Source: an uncultured delta proteobacterium (GTDB lineage Bacteria; Myxococcota_A; Polyangia; Polyangiales; Polyangiaceae). Taken from it: DNA of 64,000 bases. The notes under the pieces are model-generated. The model was not told the DNA's origin. It did no database searches and was given only the letters and a program-made list of their open reading frames with translations. Location of the stretch: assembly GCA_963806225.1 (NCBI GenBank), contig CAWDXG010000001.1, forward strand, positions 1,504,001 to 1,568,000, given 5' to 3'. Made by a program: the position numbers and the translations under genes. Below are positions 11,179 through 20,732 of the stretch, piece by piece. Each line of letters begins with the position of its first letter. The first letter of the stretch is position 1.

Positions 11179-12741
11179 ATGAACATGCGCGAGCTGGTGG
11201 AGGATCTCGAGGCGCGGCGCGAGAAGATCCGGCAGATGGGCGGCTCGGCGCGGGTCGACAAGCAGCACTCGCGCGGCAAGCTGACCGCACGCGAGCGTAT
11301 GGCCGAGTTCTACGACGATGGGGCGTGGTTCGAGGTCGGGCTGCACGGCCGCGCCATGGGCGCCGCCGGCGAGAAGGACGACACACCGGCCGACGGCGTG
11401 ATCTGCGGCTTCGGCAAGGTGGACGGGCGCATGGTGTGCGCGGCCGCCTACGATTTCACGGTCAAGGGCGGCAGCATCGGCCAGACCGGCGAAGAGAAGG
11501 TGACGCGTCTGCGCTCGATGGCGCTCAAGGGGCGCTGGCCGATCGTGTGGTTCATCGACTCGGCTGGCGCGCGCATCGACCCGGGCGCGGGGCATCATGC
11601 GGACACGCTGTCGCTGTTTGCCGGCTCCGGGCATCTGTTTCGCGAGCAGGTCATCATGAGCGGCGTCGTGCCGCAGGTGGCCGCGATGGTCGGGCCGGGC
11701 GCGGCCGGGACGGCGTACATCCCGGGCCTCGCCGACTTCGTCCCGATGGTCAAGAACATCGGCTCCATGGCGCTCGGTGGCCCACCGCTGGTCAAGGCCG
11801 TGACCGGGCAGGAGATCGACGAGCAGGAGCTCGGCGGCTCGAAGGTGCACACGAAGACCAGCGGCGTCGGTGATGCCGAGGCGAAGGACGATCACGAGTG
11901 CATCGCGATGGTCAAACGCTACCTGTCGTACATGCCCTCCAACTGCGACGAGACGCCGCCGGTCCGGCCTTGTGACGATCCGCTCGAGCGCCGCGAGGAG
12001 TCGCTGCTCGATCTGCTGCCGGAGAGCACACGCCAGGCCTTCGACATGTACAAGCTGATCGAGGCCATCGTCGACCACGGCGAGTATCTCGACATCAAGC
12101 CGAAATTCGGCCGGAGCATCATCACCTGCCTGGCTCGCGTCGGCGGGCGGCCGGTCGGCATCGTCGCCAGTCAGCCGAAGCAGCTCGGCGCCGTGCTGGA
12201 AAACGACTCGAGCGACAAGGCGGCGAAGTTCATCCAGATCTGCGACGCCTTCAACGTGCCGCTGCTCTTTCTGGAGGACGTGCCGGGGTTCATGGTCGGC
12301 TCCAAGGTGGAGCACGCGGGGATCATCCGCCACGGCGCGAAGTTCCTGCACGCGATGAGCGCGGCCACTGTGCCGAAGATCACCGTGATCGTGCGCAAGG
12401 CGTACGGCGCGGGCTACTACGTGATGTGCGGCCGTGCCTACGAGCCGGATCTGATCGTCGCCTGGCCGGGCGCCGAGGTCAGCGTCATGGGTGCCGAGGG
12501 CATGGTCGGCATTGCCGGTCGCAAGCTCTTCGGCGGCGCCGAGCCGGATCCCGAGGTGAAGAAGACGATAGTCGACATGATCCAGAAGAACATCGACATC
12601 TACAAGGTCGGTGGCTGGGGTCTGGTCGACGACATCATCGACCCACGCGACACGCGACGCGTTGTCGCCTGGGGCCTCGAGCTAGCCGCCCACAAGCACG
12701 TCGAACGCCCCGCGAAGAAGCGCGGCATCCTGCCGGTGTAG
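11179..12741 (+). CDS. Acyl-CoA carboxylase carboxyltransferase (beta) subunit
   Basis: GKLTARER, DFTVKGGS, DSAGARI, DVPGFMVG, RKAYGAGY, IIDPRDTR. Confidence 0.93.
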   Translation: MNMRELVEDLEARREKIRQMGGSARVDKQHSRGKLTARERMAEFYDDGAWFEVGLHGRAMGAAGEKDDTPADGVICGFGKVDGRMVCAAAYDFTVKGGSIGQTGEEKVTRLRSMALKGRWPIVWFIDSAGARIDPGAGHHADTLSLFAGSGHLFREQVIMSGVVPQVAAMVGPGAAGTAYIPGLADFVPMVKNIGSMALGGPPLVKAVTGQEIDEQELGGSKVHTKTSGVGDAEAKDDHECIAMVKRYLSYMPSNCDETPPVRPCDDPLERREESLLDLLPESTRQAFDMYKLIEAIVDHGEYLDIKPKFGRSIITCLARVGGRPVGIVASQPKQLGAVLENDSSDKAAKFIQICDAFNVPLLFLEDVPGFMVGSKVEHAGIIRHGAKFLHAMSAATVPKITVIVRKAYGAGYYVMCGRAYEPDLIVAWPGAEVSVMGAEGMVGIAGRKLFGGAEPDPEVKKTIVDMIQKNIDIYKVGGWGLVDDIIDPRDTRRVVAWGLELAAHKHVERPAKKRGILPV

Positions 12742-12744
12742 CGC

Positions 12745-13098
12745 TCAGCCGAAGGTGCTGCCGTTCCAGCCCCAGAGGTGGGGCGATACGTCCGTGAAGT
12801 CGATGTAGATGCGGTCGGGCGCGACGCCGAGCGCCTTGGAGAGCCGTTCGCAGAAATCGGCGCTCATCGTCTCCGTTCGCACGGGCTCCATGCGGCCGAT
12901 GCTCTTGACCTCGACGAGGCACGTGGGTTCGTCGCTTCCTCCGAACGTCATGCGCGTGCGCGGCACGAGGCACGTCATGACGTACGTCTCGGGCTTGCCC
13001 GTATGCTGGGCGAGGCGCGCCGACAGATCCTTGAGCAGGGAGTCGGCGGCTTCAGGGGCCGGCGGCTCGGCGGATGTGAACACGTTGATGAGCGGCAT
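12745..13098 (-). CDS. MIF-family (phenylpyruvate tautomerase-like) protein
   Basis: Starts M-P (catalytic Pro1); GKPE.YVM, MTFGGS.EP, KSIG, DRIYI.F.D, WGWNGSTF. Confidence 0.88.
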   Translation of the reverse strand: MPLINVFTSAEPPAPEAADSLLKDLSARLAQHTGKPETYVMTCLVPRTRMTFGGSDEPTCLVEVKSIGRMEPVRTETMSADFCERLSKALGVAPDRIYIDFTDVSPHLWGWNGSTFG

Positions 13099-13141
13099 GG
13101 CCGCCATGCTGCGGTCCTGCGCGTCGCCGCGCAAGGGGCGA

Positions 13142-13603
13142 TCAGTGCTTCAGCGGTCCATCGCAGAGCCACTCGCAGCCGCAGACGACCAGATGCTGAC
13201 CCCCATCGTTGCAGGCGTCCTGGAAAGCCGCGCTGGTCTCGGGCGGAGTGCAGTCCTTCTGCGCGGGCGCGCAGGCCTTTTCGGCGCCGGAAGCGTCGTA
13301 GTAGTTCTTGTTCGCACCGACCTTGCCCGAGCAGTACTCGGCACAGCCGCAGCGCCGGATCTGGAAGCCGCCGAGCCTGCAGCGGTCTGTGAAATCCGGA
13401 TCGGTGTGCGACTCCGGGCAGTCGGCCCGCGGTGGCGCGCAGGTCGTCGCCGCGCCGCTCGCGTCGAACACCGTTGCGCCCTCCACGGCGGCGAGCGGCG
13501 TGGAGCTGGGCGCGGGCGGCGGCGTGGCGGGCGGCGGCTGCGACTTGGCGGGCGCCCCGCAGCCGCCGAGCAGCAACACCAACAGTGCGGGCGGGAGCCT
13601 CAT
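13142..13603 (-). CDS. Cys-rich lipoprotein with two tandem 6-Cys repeats
   Basis: LLGGC lipobox; repeats DASGA..CAP...DC...C...CGC...C.G. Confidence 0.75.
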   Translation of the reverse strand: MRLPPALLVLLLGGCGAPAKSQPPPATPPPAPSSTPLAAVEGATVFDASGAATTCAPPRADCPESHTDPDFTDRCRLGGFQIRRCGCAEYCSGKVGANKNYYDASGAEKACAPAQKDCTPPETSAAFQDACNDGGQHLVVCGCEWLCDGPLKH

Positions 13604-13679
13604 GCGGCGAGCGTATCACCACTGCCCCGAGTTCTGTGCTTGACGCGGGTCACCGGCTTGGCATCTTGGTTCCGCCCCC

Positions 13680-15634
13680 GTGAACGAGCGCGTCGAACCG
13701 CAGGATGGTGCTCTCGCCGCGCGCCTTTCTACGCGCGAGCGGCGGATCGCTGCCGCTCTGGCCGAGGCCGTGATGCCACCTGGTGCGGGTCTGCCCGGCG
13801 GCGGCCCGGAGACGGTCGATCGGCTCGAGCGCTTCGCGCTGGCGTCCGGACTGGAGTTCTTCAAAGCCCTCCGCGCGGGCCTGTGGGCCGCCGAGGGCTG
13901 GACCGTGCCGCGCTACGGCCGCCCGTTGAGCCGCCTGCCGTTCGAACGTCCGGCTCGCTGCGGTCGACGCCTGGAGCCGCCACTCGTCGCGCTACGTGCG
14001 CTGGCTCCTGCGCGGCATCGTCACGCCACTGAAGGCGGCGCATTTCGACAGCCCCGACCTGTTCGCACACGTGGGCTGCGGCTACGGCGTGGAGCCGCCG
14101 AAGAGCGTCGAGCCCGAGCGCTTCATGCAGCAGGTCACGGCGGGCCGTGACGTCGACGAGGATCTCGGATCTGGAGTGCGAGGTCGTGGTCGTGGGCACG
14201 GGCGCCGGCGGCGCAGCAACGGCCTTCGAGCTGGCGCAGCGTGGCCGTGCGGTGCTCATGCTCGAGGCCGGTGACTATCATCGTCGCGACGAGTTCCTCG
14301 GGCGGGCCAGCGCGTCGTACCGGCGGATGTATCTGGGGCGTGGCACCACGGTCGCGCTCGGTAACATCTCGACCCCGGTGTGGGCGGGACGCAGCGTCGG
14401 CGGCAGTACCACGATCAACTCCGGCACCTGCTACCGCGCGCCGCCACGGACGCTCCGGCGCTGGGCCGATCGCTACGGTCTGGGCATGCTGTCTGCGGAA
14501 GCGCTGGCGCCGTACTACGAGCGGGTCGAGACCATGCTGGGCGTCGAGGAAGCGCCGGCAGCGCACCTGGGTGGCCCCGCGCGCGTGATCGCCCGCGGCG
14601 CGGAGCTGATGCAGCTGTCGCATCATCCGCTTCGCCGCAACGCGCCGGGCTGCGACGGCCAGGGCGTGTGCTGTTTCGGCTGCCCCACTGGCGCCAAGCG
14701 CTCCACCGACGTGAGCTATGTGCCGGAAGCGCTGAAGCGAGGCGCGCAGCTCATCACCGGCGCAGAGGTCGAGCGCGTCGACGTGAGCGGCGGCCGCGCG
14801 CGCGGCGTCAGCGCGCGGCTCTCGTCCGGGCGGCGCCTGGTGGTGCGCGCCTCGGCCGTGGTGGTCGCCGGCGGCGCGCTGATGACGCCCCTGCTGCTCG
14901 CGCGCAGCGACGTGTGCACCTCGTCCGGCTGGCTCGGCCGGAACCTGTCGATCCATCCCGCCGGCAAGGTGATGGCGCTGTTCGGCGAGCGCATCGACAT
15001 GTCCCGCGGCATCCCGCAGAGCTACGCCATCGACCACTACGCCGACGAGGGTCTGATGTTCGAGGGCGGTTCGACTCCGCTCGACGTGACCGCCCTGGGC
15101 GTGCCCTGGGTCGGGCGGCGCTTCATGGAGCTGATGGATCGCTTCATGAACATTGCCCAGTTCGGCTTCATGATCCAGGACACCGGCCGCGGCGCCGTGC
15201 GCGCGGGACCCGGCGGTCTGCCGCTCATCACCTACAACCTGAGTCGGCTCGATACCGCGCGCATGCAGCGCGGCTTCGAGATCCTCAGCGAGGTGTTCCT
15301 GCGCGCGGGCGCCGAGCGTGTGCTGCCGATGATCATGGGCTGCGACGAGATCTTGAGCGAGGCGGCTCTCGCGCGCATGCGCCGGATGAAGATGTCCCCG
15401 GGAGACTTCGAGGTCACCGCCTACCATCCGCTCGGCACCTGCCGCCTGGGCACGGATCGGGAACGATCCTGCGTCGATCCCGATCACGAGGCGCACGACA
15501 CGCCCGGCCTCTACGTTACCGACGGCAGCGCGGTGCCCTCCTCGCTGGGCGTCAACCCGCAGATGACCATCATGGCGCTCGCGCTCCGCGCCGCGGAGAT
15601 CATCGATTCGCGCCTCGACCGCATGCCGGCGTAG
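13680..15634 (+). CDS. GMC-family flavin oxidoreductase, two apparent frameshifts (~13965, ~14165)
   Basis: VVGTGAGG, GRSVGGSTTINSG, C.G.G.CCFGCPTGAK, HPLGTCRLG, LGVNPQMTIMALA; N-terminal part split over ORFs 13680 and 13996. Confidence 0.88.
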
Positions 15635-15685
15635 GGCGGGCGCCGGCTTGCGAGCTGGCGCGCGCGGGTGTAACCCGCCAGGACC

Positions 15686-16150
15686 ATGGCGAAGGCGCTT
15701 TCCAGTGGCGACAAGGCTCCGGATTTCTCGCTGCCCACCCAGTCGGGCGAGACGTGGCAGCTATCGCGCGCCCTCGAGCAGGGCCCTGTGGTGCTGTATT
15801 TCTATCCGAAGGACGAGACGCCGGTGTGCACGGCGGAAGCCTGCCGCTTCCGCGACATGCACGAGGTGTTCGTCGGCAGCGGAGCGACGGTGGTGGGCGT
15901 CAGCCGCGATTCCGTCGAGTCCCACAAGAGCTTCGCAGGTCATCACGATCTTCCCTATCCGCTGCTCAGCGACCCGGACGGAACGGTGCGGAAGCTCTTC
16001 GGCGTGAAGAAGACACTCGGCTTGCTCGACGGCCGCGTGACCTTCGTGATCGACCAGCAGGGCATCATCCGGCACGCCTTCTCGTCCGCGCTCAACGCGA
16101 AAGCGCACGTGGAGCAGGCGCTCGCGACGATCAAGTCGCTCCCGGTCTAG
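15686..16150 (+). CDS. bcp: Peroxiredoxin (BCP/PrxQ)
   Basis: APDFSL, LYFYPKDETPVCTAEAC.FRD, GRVTFVID. Confidence 0.9.
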   Translation: MAKALSSGDKAPDFSLPTQSGETWQLSRALEQGPVVLYFYPKDETPVCTAEACRFRDMHEVFVGSGATVVGVSRDSVESHKSFAGHHDLPYPLLSDPDGTVRKLFGVKKTLGLLDGRVTFVIDQQGIIRHAFSSALNAKAHVEQALATIKSLPV

Positions 16151-16278
16151 CCGGCTCCACCGCGGGAGAAGTCACGCGTAGCGTCCCGGCGCGCCGGAGC
16201 CAAGCCCGCGTAGGGCCAAGAAGTCCCGTGAAATCAACAGCTTGCGAGCAAGGGCTGGCGGGAAGTGACTGCCGGTAT

Positions 16279-16317
16279 CATAATCCTCCTATTCCGACCG
16301 GAATAGTAGGGAATAGG
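16279..16317 (+). promoter_or_regulatory. -10-like CATAAT plus perfect palindrome (operator candidate) upstream of the YeeE pair
   Basis: cataat at 16279; ctattccg-ac-cggaatag at 16289-16306; ggaatag repeated at 16310. Confidence 0.55.
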
Positions 16318-16319
16318 CC

Positions 16320-16751
16320 ATGTACCATTTCACACCCTTCGCCTCGTTGCTCGGCGGTGCGCTCATCGGGCTTGCCGCGTCCGTTCTGATGCTGTTCACC
16401 GGTCGCGTCGCGGGCGTCACCGGGATCGCCGGCGGGCTGTTCCGACCGGTCCAGGGCGATCTGTCCTGGCGGCTGCTCTTCATCGCTGGCCTGGTTGCCG
16501 GCGGGGTCGTGCTGACGCTCGTGAGCCCCGCTGCGTTCCACGTGGGCATTGACCGTTCGCTCGGCGCGCTCGCTGTCGCTGGGCTGCTTGTGGGCTTTGG
16601 CGCGCGCCTCGGAAGCGGCTGCACCAGCGGCCACGGCGTATGCGGACTGAGCCGCCTCTCGCGCCGCTCGTTGGTGGCCACGCTGACGTTCATGGCCACT
16701 GGCGCGCTGTCGGTCTTCGTCGTGGTCCATCTGCTGGGAGGACGGCTGTGA
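16320..16751 (+). CDS. YeeE/YedE sulfur-compound transporter family, subunit 1
   Basis: [34 protein letters not shown]. Confidence 0.9.
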   Translation: MYHFTPFASLLGGALIGLAASVLMLFTGRVAGVTGIAGGLFRPVQGDLSWRLLFIAGLVAGGVVLTLVSPAAFHVGIDRSLGALAVAGLLVGFGARLGSGCTSGHGVCGLSRLSRRSLVATLTFMATGALSVFVVVHLLGGRL

Positions 16752-17245
16752 AGCTTCGCCACGTCATCGTGTTCCTGTCGGGGGTCCTGTTTTCGCTGGG
16801 GCTCGGTATCGCCGGCATGACCCAACCGGCGAAAATCGTCGGCTTCCTCGATTTCACGGGGAGGTGGGACGCCAGCCTGGCGATAGCCATGGTGGGCGCG
16901 GTCACCGTGCATCTGATAAGCTACCGTCTGATCCGGCGCCGGCGAGCGCCGCTCCTGGCACCTGCGTTCGCCGTGCCCTCGTCCGACCGCATCGACGCCC
17001 GCCTTCTGGTGGGCGCGGCAGTGTTCGGATTGGGCTGGGGGCTCGCGGGCTACTGCCCCGGTCCCGCGTTCGTGTCCATCGCCACCGGCGGTCCGGTGCT
17101 CGTGCTGGTCGTCGGCATGCTGGGCGGGATGGCCCTCCACGAGGCGTGGCTCAGGGCACGCCGTCCAGCGCCCGGGCACGCCCCGGAACCAGCCGGGAAA
17201 GCGTCGCAGCGAACGCTCGAGATCGAGGTCACGCCGGGCGCATGA
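16748..17245 (+). CDS. YeeE/YedE-associated membrane protein, subunit 2
   Basis: [36 protein letters not shown] overlap. Confidence 0.88.
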   Translation: MKLRHVIVFLSGVLFSLGLGIAGMTQPAKIVGFLDFTGRWDASLAIAMVGAVTVHLISYRLIRRRRAPLLAPAFAVPSSDRIDARLLVGAAVFGLGWGLAGYCPGPAFVSIATGGPVLVLVVGMLGGMALHEAWLRARRPAPGHAPEPAGKASQRTLEIEVTPGA

Positions 17246-17298
17246 CCGGCCCGCCCCGCGCGTGGATTCCGGGCCGCGTGTGATCTAGGCTCGGTGGC

Positions 17299-18312
17299 AT
17301 GTTCGGCCGCTATCCTTCAGCTACCTTCGCTTCCCTGTTCGCTCTAGCCCTGGCCGCCACCCACTGCGCGGCAAGCGACGCCACCACCAATCAAGGCAGC
17401 GGCGCCTACGGCGGCTATGACGGCGGCGGCGCAAGTGCCGGGACCGGCGGCACGGCGGGCAGCGGCGGCTCGTCCGGTGGCTCGGCAGGTACCGACGCGG
17501 GAGGCGATGCGGCCGGCAGTGGCGGCACGGCGGGCAGCGGCGGCGCCGCCGGCACGGATGGCGGCACGGACGGTGCGGCGGGCAGCGGCGGCACGGCCGG
17601 CAACGGCGGCACGGCCGGCAGCGGCGGCACGGCCGGCAGCGGCGGCACGGCCGGCAGCGGCGGCACGGCCGGCAGTGGCGGTTCCGACGCCGGCGCGCCC
17701 TACACGCACACCATCACGATCGACGGCACGGACGACTTCTCCAACACCGGCGAGAAGTTCACGACCACCACGTCCAGCTACAACGCGTACATCACCTGGG
17801 ACGCTTCCGCGCTCTACATCGGCTACGAAGGCTCGGACATCGGCACCACTGCGTCGGGCACCAAGTGGGTGTTCATCTACCTCGACACCGATCCGGGTTC
17901 GGGCACCGGCGCTACGACGGGCAAGACCTACAACACCGAGACGCCCCAGTTCCCTAGCGGCTTCGGTGCCGAGTACTACTACGCCTGGAAGACCGACGGC
18001 AGCTACGAGATCTACAGAAGCTTCTCCGGCTCCGTCTGGACGGACGTTACCGGGAGCGGCATCACGCACGCCAAGGGTGGCAACTTCATCGAGTTCAAGA
18101 TCCCGCTCACGGCCGTCGGCAGCAAGCCCGCCAAGCTCGGCATTGTCACGTTGATGATGAACGAGCAGCCGAACCACGAAGCTTCCTATGCCGGTCTGTA
18201 CAACGGCAGTTTCAGCGACGGCTACCAGGCTACGGTGCCCATCACGTACTACCTCCAGGCCGACTTCGCCTCGTCGCTGGATCCCAACGATCTGGCGAAC
18301 CGCAAACCGTGA
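17299..18312 (+). CDS. Secreted protein or lipoprotein with GTAGSG repeats and a C-terminal DOMON/CBM9-like beta-sandwich
   Basis: Signal peptide with Cys; (GGTAGS)n linker; ITIDG...YITWD...LYIG...IYLDTD...IEFKIPL. Confidence 0.7.
   Translation: MFGRYPSATFASLFALALAATHCAASDATTNQGSGAYGGYDGGGASAGTGGTAGSGGSSGGSAGTDAGGDAAGSGGTAGSGGAAGTDGGTDGAAGSGGTAGNGGTAGSGGTAGSGGTAGSGGTAGSGGSDAGAPYTHTITIDGTDDFSNTGEKFTTTTSSYNAYITWDASALYIGYEGSDIGTTASGTKWVFIYLDTDPGSGTGATTGKTYNTETPQFPSGFGAEYYYAWKTDGSYEIYRSFSGSVWTDVTGSGITHAKGGNFIEFKIPLTAVGSKPAKLGIVTLMMNEQPNHEASYAGLYNGSFSDGYQATVPITYYLQADFASSLDPNDLANRKP
17445..17682 (+). repeat. 18-bp coding repeat (GGTAGS units)
   Basis: ggcggcacggccggcagc units read directly. Confidence 0.85.
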
Positions 18313-18345
18313 GCACCGCGCGCACCTGCTGCTAGAGTTATCAGC

Positions 18346-18774
18346 GTGTTCAAGCAGGATCTCATCAAGCGCGCCCTCGAACGCACCGCGGAGGCGGTCG
18401 CCAAGGCCCTTGGCCTCAAGAAGGAGGGCGAGCTCGAGGAAGCGCTCGCCGAGATCAACTCGGCGTACGACGAGCTCCTCAGGATCGACCGACGCACGTT
18501 CGACGTCGTCGACTCGCACACGCTGGCCGGTCTGATCGGGCCGGTGGAAAACCTCCGCTCCGTGGCCGAGCTGAGCCGCATCGAGGGGGAGATCCACGAG
18601 GCCGCGGGCCGCCCGAAGCTGGCGGCTGCCCGCTACCGGCGGGCGCTCGAGCTGATGCTGGAAGCGGACGAGAAGAAGCCGGTGGACGACGCCGGTCGCG
18701 CAGCAATTGCGGAGCTTGCTGCGCGCGTCCCCCGCGAACAGCTGATGCGCCGCTATCATCACCGGCTCGACTGA
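18346..18774 (+). CDS. Helical hypothetical protein
   Basis: Codon pattern fits genome; begins MFKQDLIKR; no function assignable. Confidence 0.7.
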   Translation: MFKQDLIKRALERTAEAVAKALGLKKEGELEEALAEINSAYDELLRIDRRTFDVVDSHTLAGLIGPVENLRSVAELSRIEGEIHEAAGRPKLAAARYRRALELMLEADEKKPVDDAGRAAIAELAARVPREQLMRRYHHRLD

Positions 18775-18834
18775 AATTTGTCGTCGGCCACGTGCCTCCA
18801 GCACGCGGTATGCACGCGTCGTGAGTCCAGAATC

Positions 18835-20085
18835 GTGATCCCCTGGCTGTTTCTGCTGGTGAGCCTGATCGGCGCCGCCTTCACCTTGAACGCGTTCATC
18901 CCAACGCGGGGCAGGGGATTCTTGTTCGTTCCGAGCTTCCTGGCGTCCTGGTTGACGATGGAGCTCGCGGGTCACCATCTCGTGTGGCAGGCCGCGGCCG
19001 CTGCGCTGCTCGTGTGGCTCGGCGCGCTGGCCGCGCTGCCCGGGTGGATCGGCCTCGGCATCACGCTGCTCTCGTGGGCCGGGCTCGTCGTGCTCCTGCT
19101 GCAGGGCCGCCGCTCGGCGCGCACGATGTACTCGGTGGTTGGGACCCTGGCCGGCGTCGGTCCCTGGCCAAAGGTGCCCTGGTGGTACGTGCTCTTGCCC
19201 TTCCCGCTGAGGACGGCCCGGGCTCGCGTGATCCGCGACGTGGTGTACGCGCGCGTTAGCGGACGGCGACTCAAGCTGGACGTGTTCCAGCCCCGTCGCG
19301 AAGGCGGGCGTCGTCCGGCGGTGCTGCAGATCCACGGCGGCGCCTGGGTGCTGGGCGACAAGAAGACCCAGGGCATCCCGCTTCTGACGCACCTGGCAGA
19401 CAACGGCTGGGTGGGCTTCAACGTCAACTACCGTCTGAGCCCCGGGGCCACCTTTCCCGATCATCTCGTCGACCTGAAGCGCGCCCTCGCCTGGATCCGC
19501 GAGCACGCCGACGACTACGGCGTGGACCCGGGCTTCGTGGCGGTGACTGGAGGATCGGCGGGAGGCCACCTCACGGCGCTCATGGCGCTGACCGGGAACG
19601 ACCCGGCGTACCAGCGCGGCTTCGAGGACGCGGACACCAGCGTGCAGGCGGCGGTGCCGTTCTACGGCATCTACGATTTCACGGACCGGCTGGGCACGCA
19701 GCAGCGCGAATTCAGAACGCGCTTGCTGCAGCCGCACATCATGAAGGCGTATTTCGCCGACGAGCCGGAGCGCTTCCACGAAGCGTCGCCGCTGGACCGC
19801 ATCCACGCGGACGCGCCGCCCTTCCTCGTCGTGCACGGCAGCCGCGACACGCTGGCACCACTCGCGGACGCCCGATTGTTCGTAGAGCGGCTGCGCGCGA
19901 TATCCCACGCTCCCGTGCTGTTCGCCGAGATATCCGGAGCGCAACACGCCTTCGACGTCTTCCCGTCACCGCGCGCCGTGCCCGTCATCGAGGGTGTCGA
20001 GCGCTTTCTCGATGCGGTCCACCGGGCATACCTGGACCGCCAGGCAGAGCCCGGGATACCGGTGTCTAGAGCCGCCGCGTCTTGA
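18835..20085 (+). CDS. Membrane-anchored alpha/beta hydrolase (HSL-like esterase)
   Basis: N-terminal TM segments; IHGGAW, NYRLSP, GGSAGGHL, VHG..D, GAQHAFD. Confidence 0.88.
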   Translation: MIPWLFLLVSLIGAAFTLNAFIPTRGRGFLFVPSFLASWLTMELAGHHLVWQAAAAALLVWLGALAALPGWIGLGITLLSWAGLVVLLLQGRRSARTMYSVVGTLAGVGPWPKVPWWYVLLPFPLRTARARVIRDVVYARVSGRRLKLDVFQPRREGGRRPAVLQIHGGAWVLGDKKTQGIPLLTHLADNGWVGFNVNYRLSPGATFPDHLVDLKRALAWIREHADDYGVDPGFVAVTGGSAGGHLTALMALTGNDPAYQRGFEDADTSVQAAVPFYGIYDFTDRLGTQQREFRTRLLQPHIMKAYFADEPERFHEASPLDRIHADAPPFLVVHGSRDTLAPLADARLFVERLRAISHAPVLFAEISGAQHAFDVFPSPRAVPVIEGVERFLDAVHRAYLDRQAEPGIPVSRAAAS

Positions 20086-20100
20086 GTTGCGCCGCCGGGG

Positions 20101-20547
20101 CTACTGCGTCCCGTCGCCGCTCGCTGTCAGAGCCTGCGGCGACCCCGCCTTGCGTAGCCGACCGCTGTGGCGCTGGCCGCTGCGCGCGAGGATATCGGCG
20201 AGCAGCCAGATCCAGTTGACCCGGTGCGGCCCCGACAGCACGAGCTCCGCGTCCAGGTCATGCGCGCGGCGGACGCCATCGTCGTCGACCTGCGCACCGA
20301 TCACGACAGCCGGCAGATCCACGCCCGAGCGGCGCAGCTCGCTGACCACATCGATGCCGTCGACGTACGGCGGGCGCAGGCTGGTGAGCAGACACTGGTA
20401 GCTGAGCTCGTGCAGTTGCTCGAGCGCTTGCTCGGTATCGCCGACTGTCTCCGGCCAATAGCCGAAGCCTTCGACGATGCGCGCGAGCTCGTTTGCGACC
20501 CGCGCGTCCCTCTCGACGATCAGAATCCTGTTATCCCCCTCGATCAT
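20101..20547 (-). CDS. Atypical receiver-domain protein
   Basis: RILIVERD...A..LA..VEGFGY....GD.EQAL..L....YQCLLTSLRPP.VDG..V..ELR receiver pattern; canonical Asp appears replaced by Ser. Confidence 0.65.
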   Translation of the reverse strand: MIEGDNRILIVERDARVANELARIVEGFGYWPETVGDTEQALEQLHELSYQCLLTSLRPPYVDGIDVVSELRRSGVDLPAVVIGAQVDDDGVRRAHDLDAELVLSGPHRVNWIWLLADILARSGQRHSGRLRKAGSPQALTASGDGTQ

Positions 20548-20732
20548 ACGAGTGATTGTATCCGTCGCGTTGCCGTTGTCGAGCGACAATGGTGCGCTGA
20601 CGTTATCCACACAAGCGGTGCGCAACGTCGCGTTGGTTGCCGCTCGTTCAAGCGCGCAACCTCTGCGGACCGGGGCAGGGCGCCGCACATTTCTGCGCTC
20701 GTGCGGGCACGGGTTTTGCTGGGTGTAATGGC

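Noticed and set aside
17344..19947. 867-aa minus-strand ORF and many similar long Arg/Ala/Pro-rich ORFs
   Set aside because: Antisense or alternate-frame shadows of recognisable genes, expected in high-GC DNA
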